64,000 bases of DNA from Scyliorhinus canicula (lineage: Eukaryota): contig NC_052162.1 of assembly GCF_902713615.1 (NCBI RefSeq), positions 131,650,653-131,714,652 of the forward strand, read 5' to 3'. Below, piece after piece: positions 38,680 through 49,200 of this stretch. The stretch's first letter is position 1; the number at the start of each line of letters is the position of its first letter. The notes beneath the pieces were generated by a model, which saw only the letters and a list, made by a program, of their open reading frames with translations, searched no databases and was not told where the DNA came from. A program made the translations under genes and the position numbers.

Positions 38680-39500
38680 CTCAAGCACCGCCCACTCCCG
38701 GCTGTTCCACCAAGAAGGCCGCACGTGAAGCAAACAAGCACCTCAGCTGCAAACCAGGGAGCTGCCAATGATTCTGAAGGGTTTCCTCCAGCTCACAATG
38801 CCCGGGAGTGATTGACAGCAGGTACTGACCAATGGGACGAACTCGAGCGGCTGGTCTTCCAACCAATCAGAGTGAATGGATGGGGCAGAGCCTTGGGCTC
38901 AATGTCTGCGCATGCGCCAGGCCAAACACAGTCGCCCGAGGAAGATGGCGGCCGTGAACTCGGGCCTGTGTCGGGGAAAAGCCCGAGCAGCTCTCGCCGG
39001 TTCAAATGCCGTATCTCAGCCGCATTGGAGGTTTCAGGCCTGCGCGGGGTGTTTATGAAGCCTCCCCACTCTCACGCTGGCTCTATTCCTCCCTGAGGAC
39101 TCACCCGACGGCGTGTCACAGCCAAAACTTTCAACGCAACCGCCTCAATCCTGAGCAATGAACGGCTCTGTTCGGGGCCCTCCGGGCTCAGTCCCGCCCC
39201 TCGTTCACTCCGATTGGTTGGAGGACCAGAAGCGTCCGTTCGGTCCTCCAGACTCACCCGTTGCATTCTATTGGTCCAGAGGTGCCGTCAATCATTCCCG
39301 TCCATTGTGAACTGGAGCATGCGCAGTACCGACGCTGGGCTCGGCCGGGAGGTTTCACTGAAACCCGGTGGAGGCTCCAAACCCCAATAAGAAGTTTCCG
39401 GGCCCGGGTTTGCATCGAGCGGGGGGACAGCTGCGGCCTGCTCCCGGTGACAGGCCTGAGTTAACGGCTTTTTAGAGGCTGCAAACCCGCAGGGGGCAAA
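38680..39500. promoter_or_regulatory. Bidirectional CpG-island promoter between ZNF C (-) and D (+)
   Basis: Inverted pair of CCAAT modules (38791-38895 + and 39185-39312 -); NRF1-like TGCGCATGCGC ~38907 and ~39318; YY1-like AAGATGGCGG 38942. Confidence 0.75.
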
Positions 39501-39569
39501 ACATCAGAGATCGAGTTTGTTGTGAAACCCCCAATGGGATATTGTAAAACAGGAGGTCAGGATTACAGT

Positions 39570-40330
39570 CAACAACAACAACTTCTATTTATATAACACC
39601 TTTAACATCATAAATCATCCCAGTCAACTTCGCAGGAACATTATAAAACAAAGTGAGACACCCAGACACAAAAGGAGATATTAGGACAGGTGACCAAAAA
39701 CCTGATTAAAGAGGTGAGTTTTAAATTGAGTCTTAAAGGGGGAAATTGATGTGGAGACGGGGAGGTTTTGGGAGGGAATCCAGTGCTTGGGGCCGAGGGA
39801 ACTTAAAACCATGGCCGCAAGTGGCACACTAGAGAGTGCACAAGTGGCCAGGATTTGAGGTGTGCAGATATCTCAGCGGGTTATGGGGCTGGAAGAGATT
39901 CCAGTGAGGGAGAGATGAGGCCATGGAGGGATTTGAAAACGGGTGGGAATTGACTGGGAGCCAATGCAAGTCAGGAAGCAGAGGGGTTAACGGGGAAAAT
40001 AAATTACTGTGAATTATGTTTGCAGATGTTTGGGTGACTTCAAGTTTATGGGAGAATGTGAGAGAGCAACCAGGAATGTATTGGAACAGTCAAGTCTGCA
40101 GCATACAGAAGCATGAATTGGCTTTAGAACCAGATGCATTGAGTCAGTAAGTGGAAACAGGCAGTCTTAGTGATGGCATAGATATGAGATCAGAATCTCA
40201 TCTTGGGATCAAATGTGACACTGAGGTTGCAATGGGACTGTTACCAGGGAGAGGGGTGGATTCGGTATTTTGGGAATGGGGATTGGAGTAGGGACTGAAA
40301 ACAGTGGCTTCAGTTTTCTCAATATTTAAT
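39570..40330 (-). mobile_element. Old L2-like LINE 3' fragment
   Basis: (AAC)n-TTCTATTTATATAACACCTTTAAC tail; degenerate body. Confidence 0.5.
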
Positions 40331-40788
40331 TTGAGTTAATTAGGCAACAGGAAGAGAACCAGGAATCAGAATAGGCCCTGAGACTGATATCAGGCTTAAC
40401 TTAGTTGGAGTAGTACAGCAAGGACAGAAATCCTGGGAGGTTTGGAGAAACCACCTTCATGATTGCTCATTAAATCTCCACACAGTTAGTTCTAAACACA
40501 AGTCTGTTATTCTGCCTGGTCGGTCAGGGTGATTCAGATCAATGTTTGTCACAAGACAGCATTGAAGTGAATTATCAAACATGTTGTTACGTTAGTTGTA
40601 TAAATTTGTTCAAAGAGGAAAGAAAGAATTATCTGACACTTTATTTGGATTTCAGACCAGGGAGGAGGGTGTGTGGGATGGGGATTTACAGCTTTGGGGG
40701 AACAAGACAAAAAAATGAAACTAAAACTGTTAATTCTGAATTTCTATCCTGGACTGACAATTGTGACCGTTGAAAATTCCTTTTACAG

Positions 40789-41113
40789 GATATTAGGAGA
40801 GGATTTGTGCAAAGGAAAATGAAACCAAACTTCACTTCAAGGTCTTCAGAGTCAACAGGACTTGGACATTCTCAGACTTTGAATATGGAAAGAGAAATGT
40901 TTGTCTGATCTGCCGGTGTGTAAATATTTAAAACATCAGTGTGACTGGAAAAGCATCGAGACCCAGACACACATTGAGTGAGAGTGTTCTCGTAAACTGA
41001 CTGTGGAAAGAGGTTTAACCAGTTACACAGCCTGAAAAAACATTACACCATTCACAGTGAGGAGAAACCATACACGTTCTGTGTGTGGACAAGATTTCAA
41101 CTGATAGTCCAAC
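40789..41113 (+). other. ZNF D exon leader (acceptor TTTTACAG|G), uAUG 40897, stops TGA-TAG 41102-41107
   Basis: Homologous to the other leaders. Confidence 0.7.
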
Positions 41114-41815
41114 ATGGAGAGACAAGATGACACCGACATCATTGAAAAAACATGGATATGTGGGGACTGTGGGAAGGCATTCACTTGCCCATCCAAGCTG
41201 GAAACTCATCGACGCGTCCACACCGGGGAGAGGCCCTTCAGCTGCTCTTTATGTGGGAAAGATTTCACTCAGTCATCTAACCTAGCGTTACACCAGCGAG
41301 TTCACACTGGAGAGAGGCCGTACACCTGCTCTGTCTGTGGGAAAGGATTCATTCAGTCATACAATCTAGCATTACACCAGCGAGTTCACACTGGGGAGAG
41401 GCCATTCACCTGCTCTGTATGTGCAAAGGGATTCGTTAATTCATCTAACCTAGTGGCACACCAGCGAGTTCACACTGGGGAGAAACCATTCAGCTGCACC
41501 TCCTGTGGAATGAGCTTTAGGCTTTCATCCACCCTGCTGAAACACCAGCGAGTTCATACTGGGGAGAAACCATTCAGTTGCCCTGACTGTGGAAGGAGCT
41601 TCAGGCACTCGGGCAGTCTCATTGTACACCAGCGCGCTCACACTGGGGAGAGGCCATTCACCTGCTCCATGTGTGGGAAGGGATTCACTGATTCATGCCA
41701 ACTGCTGAGACATGAACGGGTTCATACTGGGGAAAGGCCGTTCACCTGCTCTGAGTGTGGCAAGGGATTCATTGATTCATCCCAACTGCTGAAACACCAG
41801 CGACGTCACAAGTGA
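41114..41815 (+). CDS. C2H2 zinc-finger protein D (233 aa, 8 fingers)
   Basis: Intact ORF with TGERP/TGEKP linkers. Confidence 0.92.
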   Translation: MERQDDTDIIEKTWICGDCGKAFTCPSKLETHRRVHTGERPFSCSLCGKDFTQSSNLALHQRVHTGERPYTCSVCGKGFIQSYNLALHQRVHTGERPFTCSVCAKGFVNSSNLVAHQRVHTGEKPFSCTSCGMSFRLSSTLLKHQRVHTGEKPFSCPDCGRSFRHSGSLIVHQRAHTGERPFTCSMCGKGFTDSCQLLRHERVHTGERPFTCSECGKGFIDSSQLLKHQRRHK

Positions 41816-42729
41816 CTCAGGGATTGGATTCTGCTATTATTGCTGCTGTTATTGACAACCAGGCCCGAATCACATTAGTTCTGACAGATGGGGTTTGTTT
41901 CTGCTAATATTAATCCACTGTTTTACTGGGCTAGACTTTATTATTCTGGATCCATAGCTGATTGTGTTCTCGGGGCTGCAGTGTCACTTCTGGAAACGCT
42001 GTCTATGATCTTTCCCCATAATCCAGGAAGTCCCATCAGAAATTAGTTCACAACAAGATTCTGGACTTTTACTTCAATCTCAAAATTGATATTTTGTGTG
42101 AAACTCTATAATTGAGTGTCTGAAAGTTCTGCTGATTAACATCTTCAATTAGAAAGTGCTGATTAATCCTTGTGACAATTCTTACTGACCTGTACATTAC
42201 ACACAGAGACACCTCTGTTATTGGCCAGTGAGACGGGAATTGGTGGAGAATCGAGCATTCCCGAATGTTATCCTCCCATCTGATACAGAAATCCTTCGGC
42301 ATGGGAATAGAGACAAGTTGAATCCAAGTAACAACTATAAGAAATGGCTATCTAAAAACCATATAATATCTTTTGCGATTTATGGAATATTTACAGAAAT
42401 AGCTCACTCTCATAAAGAAAGCTTCCCCAGCAGCTTTCTGGGTGATGAACACAGGACAGACCTGTTCCCTCTGCCAAGGGTATAACTCTAGCAGGGCCCT
42501 GAAACAAGAGATTTCTAACCCCTGATACGATTGGATCTCAGGACACAGAGCCTAAAGCAGTTGTCTGTCTGTGAATGTTGAAACAGGCTCTCAAGAGCAA
42601 ATAGATTTTGAAGTGATCGACACTGACTTTAGGCCAACACGACACTCTGGCTCACACCAAGTAGCTGTTCAGAGGAGAATGCCGTCACCAGCTACAGAGA
42701 CCAGAACTCACTCATCCGTCCGTTGGTCC

Positions 42730-43395
42730 TCCGGGCAGGTAAATAGGCTGGTGAAAAAGGCAGATGGAACACTTGCCTTTATCAATTGAGGCATAGATTA
42801 CAAAAGCAGGGAGGCCAGGTTGGAGTTGTACATAACTTTGGTGAGGCCACAGCTGGAATACTGCCATTCTGGTTGTCACATTATAGTAAGGATGTAATTG
42901 CACTGGAGCGAGTGCAGAGGCGATTCACCAGAATGTTGCCTGGGATGGGACATTTAAGTTATGAAGTGAGGGGGCTAGGCCTGGGTTGTTTTCGCTGGAG
43001 CAGAGAAGACTGAGGGGCGACGTGATCGAAGTGGATAAGATTATGAGTGGCATGGACAAGGTGGATAGGGAACAGCTGTTCCTCTTAGGTGAAGGGTCAG
43101 TTGCAAGAGCACACAGGTTCAAGGTGAGGGACAGGAGGTGTAGGGGGGATTAGAAGAAAAACATTTTCACCCGGAGGATGGTGACGGTCTGGAATGCACT
43201 GCCTGGGAGGGCGGGAGAGACGGGTTGCCTCATATCCTTTAAAAAGTACCTGGATGAAGACTGGCATGTCATAACATTCAAGGCTATGGGCCAAGTGCTG
43301 GTAAATGCGATTAGGTAGGCAGGTCAGATGTTTTTCATGCGTTGGTGCAGTCTCGATGGACCGAAGGGCCTCTTCTGCACTGTTATTCTGTGATT
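42730..43395 (+). mobile_element. CR1 LINE 3' fragment
   Basis: [20 protein letters not shown]; CR1 tail. Confidence 0.8.
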
Positions 43396-43777
43396 CTGCG
43401 ACGGGTTTACTGTTACCACCTGTCATGGGTCATGTGTTTTTCCTGACCATTTAACTGCTGCATCATATTTAAACTGTTACTTATCAATGAACTACTTGAA
43501 AATCGCTTTTGAGCTCAACCCCCTTTTAGAATATTCTGTGACTTGTGGACCTGAATGCTACAAGTGGTGTTAGGAGTGGGATCACAGTTAAACGTGAATG
43601 GAGACATTCCTGAGTGAAGCCTGGGGTAGACAATGCCATTGACATATTACCGGAAACGACTGATAGATAGTCTGACAGAGAAAACAGACTATGCGGGGCT
43701 TAGAGACGTACTGGGGATTGGAGAAGAGGGTTACGGGGATGATGAGTATATCCTCAATAAGATTTCTAAGCATATTT

Positions 43778-44025
43778 TTATTTTAATTTTATTTTTTTGT
43801 TATAAATTTGGTGTACCCAATTCATTTTTTTTTCCAATTAAGGGGCAATTTAGCATGTTCAATCCACCTACCTTTGCACATCTTTGGATTGTGGGGGTGA
43901 AACCCATGCAGATACGGAGAGAATGTGCAAACTCCACACGGACAGTGACCCAGAGCTGGGATTGAACCTGGGACCTCGGTGCCGTGAGGCAGCAGGGCTA
44001 ACCCACTGCGCCACAGTGCTGCCCT
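43778..44025 (-). mobile_element. Short-tail SINE; 15-bp TSD TTTCTAAGCATATTT
   Basis: Direct repeats at 43763-43777 and 44026-44040. Confidence 0.88.
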
Positions 44026-44114
44026 TTTCTAAGCATATTTAGAAAGAACCAATTGAGTTGAAGAGGGTTCAGAATCAGTTAGAAAATATCCACAAGGTGG
44101 AGGCAGGTCACCAT

Positions 44115-46100
44115 CACAGAATCTCTACAGTGAAGAAGGAGGCCATTCGGCCCATCGAGTCTGCACCAACACTTTGAACGACTACGCTACCTCGGCTCAA
44201 TCCTCCGTCCTATTCCTGCAATTCCACCCTAAGGGGCAATTTAGCATGACCAATTCACCTAACCTCCACATCTTTGGACTGTGGGAGGAAACCGGAGCAC
44301 CCGGAGGAAACCCACTCACACATGGGGAGAAAATTCAAACTCCACACAGAGAGTTTCCCCGAGGTCGGAATCGAACCCGGATCACTGGTGCTATGAGGCA
44401 GCAGTGCTAACCACTGTGCCGCCATGCCGCCCCATGCTGGAGAATCTTTAAAGTCTGTGCATGAAGTTCTGTTTGAACCAGATATATTTACAACGTGCCA
44501 GTAATTTGGAATTGTGGGAGATGATCTGCAGGTGGGGAGGATGAATCGAAGTTGATACTTATCAAATTTTTCTATCAAAAGGTTTTACATTTATTATTGG
44601 TCACAGCTGAAGCGATTGTGTTGCTGATTCTGATCATTCTGGCAGCATTGCTAAGTTATCTACGGTATGAAATCAAGTAATTAAGAATACATGCTTAGAA
44701 ATAGCTTACAATTGCGAGGTTAGCCAGAAATTACTTGTGAGACGTTAATAAGGATATTCCCTCTTGGAGTGGGGAGATCTGTAAAAAAAGGACTGTAATA
44801 ACACAATAAAATCTTCAGAAATGTGTTGACTGTTATAGGACTATTTCATTCTCTTCCTCTCTCATTGGGAACGTTTCCAGGATTGACAAATACAGGACAT
44901 TGTTAGCCTGTTGTCTCTGCCAAGTACATGTGTCTTGCACAGGTCTGAAACAAGACAATCTTGGTGTATTTGTGATCTCAAGACCGACATGTAGGACGTC
45001 CGAGCAAGCGATGAGCCACAACCTGACTTCATGGATGTCCGATGGAAATAGGAGGTTTTCACTTGAATATCTGTCCCTGACTGATGGACAGTTGAATAAG
45101 TGATTGATGTAAGACCCTAGAAATAATGGTTATAAATGAGCTTTTGAGAGTGATAATCGTATCAGGCAGTGGGTGGTGCACAGTGGCTAGCCCTGCTGCC
45201 TCATAGTGCGAGGGACCTGGGTTCAATTCCAGCCTCTTGTGACTGTGCGGAGTTTTCATTTTCTCCCCGTCTCTGCGTGGATTTCCTCTGGTGCTCCGGT
45301 TTCCTCCCACAGTCCAAAGGTGTGAAGGTTAGGTGGATTGGCCATGCTAAATTGCCCCTTAGTGTCCAGGGATGTGTAGGTCAGGTTAAGGGGTTACAGG
45401 GATAGGCCAGGGAAGTGGGTTTGGGTGGCATGAGCTTTCAGAGGGTCACTGCAGTCTCGATGGGCCGAATGGCCTCCTTCTGCAGTGTCAGGATTCTATG
45501 ACCTCCGATATCAGAAATCTCTGGAATTCCACATGTCCTCATTGCTCTCTCCTTGTGTAGAACAGCTCTCAGTCAGGTGGAGTCAGTCACACGTGTCTCT
45601 GTTATAATGTTTCAATTCCTATTTTATCACACACCTCCCAGTGATACCACAACACAGAAACTTCAAAATATCTTTGCTCCTTTTCACCTTGTCCTCCTAT
45701 TATTGTCTAATAATAACAGTGACAGAGTAACACACACTGGAATTGGAATATCAGACAGGTATTGTCTAATAACTGTGATAGAGTAATGGCCGGTACAGTG
45801 GTTAACACTGTTGCTTCACAGCGCCAGAAACCTGGGTTCAATTCCCACCTTGGGTCACTATCTGTGTGGAGTTTGTACATTCTTCCTGTGTCTGCACAGA
45901 GTTCCTGTGGGTGCTCTGGTTTCCTCCCACGGTCCAAATATGTGCAGGTTTAGGTAGATTAGCTATGCTAAATTGTCCATGGGAGGGGTTGTGAGGATAG
46001 AGTGGGAGATTGGCCCAGGTAGGATGATCTTTCAGAGGGTCAGTGCAGACTCGATAGGCCGAATGGCCTCAATCAGCACTGTAGGGAATCCATGATTCTA
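44115..46100. mobile_element. Three older HE1-like SINEs (44115-44432 -, 45165-45500 +, 45790-46100 +)
   Basis: Family motifs. Confidence 0.7.
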
Positions 46101-46294
46101 CATTGGATCCAATATACATTCACTCGCACACTGCAGCCTGACCTATTATGGGAACAGACACTGTTTGCTACTCTCCAAGTGAGTGAGACTTTCCTGTTTC
46201 TCCTCTGGGCCCTATCGCCACTATTATTGTCTGAGACCCCTGTGGTTTATAGGGTTTAACGACTATAATTTGATTAGGACAGAGAATAATATTT

Positions 46295-49200
46295 TTTAAT
46301 GTTTTGTGTTTTTTATACGAGTTTTGTTAGTGATGACCTGCTCCGTTTATCTACACGCAGCAGGAATATAACCCTGCATCCGCTGCCTATTCTGGCGTAA
46401 AGTACGGCGTGACAACTAAGTAAAAGAACAAAACTGAGGGACAAAATCAAAAGGGGGGTGCTCCAAAAAGAAAGCAACCGGAGCACAGCCCAAAAGGAAT
46501 CAGAAAGGAAACGGAAACTTAACAAAACCCATCAAATCACGGAACGCCTCAAGTGTGCCCGTGGACACCGCATGCCTCCGCTCCAGGAACACCCGGTCGC
46601 GAACAAGGCTGCGGAAGATGGGCAGACAGGTCGGATGACCCCCCTCGGTCGCCCGCTGCCTGGACCTATTAGCAGGTTTGGCCAGGCCCAGGAGCAGCTC
46701 ACGAGAAGGTCCACTGCCTTCCCCACCCCCTTTCGTACCGGATCTCCGTAGATCAGGAGCTTGGGGCTGAAGTGCAAAGAAAACCTCAACAACTGTCAAG
46801 AAACCAAAAAGAGAGTGCAGCCTTGGACAGACAACATAAACGTGCTCCTCGGTCTCCGACAGGTCGCAAAAGTGGCAGGTCTCTGGGGAGGCCGTGTAGT
46901 GGCTTAACCTACTGGTTCACGGCAATGCCTTGTGCAGCACCCTCCACCCCAGGTCCCCAGGTTTTATAGGGAGGATGCCTCCGTAGAGGGATTTCCAGTG
47001 GAGGCCTCGGATGGCTTTGGCCACGCACTGGACGGACACCACTCTGCGCTCGGCTAACACATAGGGCATCATCCAGCCCACCCCTCCAACACCCAGCATG
47101 TCCCCAATCCTGGTCACCGCGGCATCCACAGCCCTCCACTCTGACAGCCACCGGAATGGATATTGGCAGAGGTACGGATTCCTGAGCAGCGGCTCCCTTA
47201 CGAGAGCCACCACTCCTAACAGGGGAGAGCTGTGGGGCATCGCGATCATGTTCCAGACTTTGAGAAGGTCCTGGTACAAGACGGGAAGTGCCAACAAAGA
47301 ACTCCGAAGACCCTGCTGGTCGACGAACAGGAGTTGCACGTTGTAGTTCAAGCCGTGAACCTGGCGGAAGAAATACGTCGCCAGGGCACACCATCGTGGA
47401 GGAGGCTCAACGTACAGGTATCGCTGCAGAGTCTGAAGACGTAGAGTCGCGATCTGGGTGCATTGGCATACCAGCGCCTGTAGCCCTCCGCAATCGGGAG
47501 ACTCAAGACCTCTGCAGCGACCCTCTGCAATCCATTGTCCCAGAAGAACCGAATCAGAGTTCTCTGGCTGCGTGTGACAAAGTCAGGGGGAGGGGTCAAA
47601 GTGACCAGCCGATACCACAGCATGGAGGCAACCAGCTGGTTTATGACGAGAACTCGACCCCTGTAGGACAGCACTCAGAGCAGTCCTGTCTAGCGGCCTA
47701 GGCAAGTGGTGACCTTGGTCTCCAGTTCCTGCCAGTTTGCCGACCAGGCTTCCTCTGCCGGGCAAAGATAGACTCCCAAGTAGAGGATGTTGGTCAGGCT
47801 CCAGCTGAAGGGTCTGAACTCCTCTGCGGGGGTGGGGGGGTCATTTGCCACAGACCAGGAGTCCGGAACACTTAGCCCAGTTGCTCCTAGCAGAAGACGC
47901 GACAGAGAAAACAGCCTGGCACTCTCGCATCCTCCGCAGGTCACCGGGGTCAGTGAACATGAGGAGCACGTCATCAGCGTCAGCCGAAAGGACCACCACC
48001 ATGCCCGGCTCGCGCAGAACGAACCCCGACAACCTCCTCCGCAGGAGGCGCAGGAAAGGCTCCACACAGAGAAAGAAGTTGGCCGGACAAAGGGCAGTCC
48101 TGACGCAAAGCGATTATCGTAAATGGTGTGGTCTGGGACGACGTAGGACTGGTCAGGGTGGATCATGGTGGACCATTTTAGATGGCCACAAGAGATCAGA
48201 ATAAAAGTTCCTGACTGGAGTTCTGACCCCCTCCGGATCCGAGACGAGGGACCCGTCGTCGGCCAGCAGCGAAGAAACCCCAGTGAGTAGAAGAAGGGGA
48301 TGCCGCAGAAGACTGATCCGCGCCCTCACGTACGCGCCGTGGGACCCGACAAGTTGCAGGTCCCGCAGTGTACCCTTCTTCTCTCTGTACACCAGCCCCA
48401 GGGCCGGGTCCAAATCGGGCTGAGCAAGACGTGACTCCAGATCAAAGACTTCTTCAGCCAATTTGGTGATCTTGGATTTCCGCCCGGCAGTAGACCCCTT
48501 CGTGTACCCCTGACAGAAGGCACGACGTGAGTCTTGCCCACGTTCCACCATCGCCTCAAGGAGGGGAAGTCACCCCGCTTCCTTCTCCAGCCGGCCCAGA
48601 AGCGGCGTAATGAATCCAGGAACCACTCGTTCTCCAGCAGCACATTGTTAAAGTGCCAGTACGCGGACCGTGTCTGAGTGCGGGTAGGAGTGAGCCCCGC
48701 TCACACCAGGTGGTGATCGAAGCACAGCACCTGCTCCACAGAGGCCGTCGGAACACTGGGCAAGTAAGTCTTAGAAATGTAAAGACGGTCGATTCTGGAC
48801 GTGCCGAACAGAGGGCGCACAAACATGTACACCCGCGATTCAGGATGGAGAGTTCGCCAGACATCCACCAAGCTGACCAGGTCCCTCAACTTCACCACCG
48901 CCTGCATGTTCCGCTGGACTCTACCACGGTTCTTGTCCTGGAGGGTGCAATTGAAATCCCCTCCGAAGGCGATGCACTCGCCCACAGGGATGGTGCCAAG
49001 AAGAGTGGACACTTTGTCAAATAAAGTCGTCTGCTGCGGCCCGGCCCGGGGAGCGTATACATTCACAAAGTGAAGCACCACGTCTCCGTCGCGGACTGTT
49101 AAATGCAACAGACAGCCTGGCACTGTATCCTTGACCCTCAAGATCTCGGGCTGAAAATGTGGAGCCAACAAGATAGCCACGCTGCCCGATCGTGGGGCCA

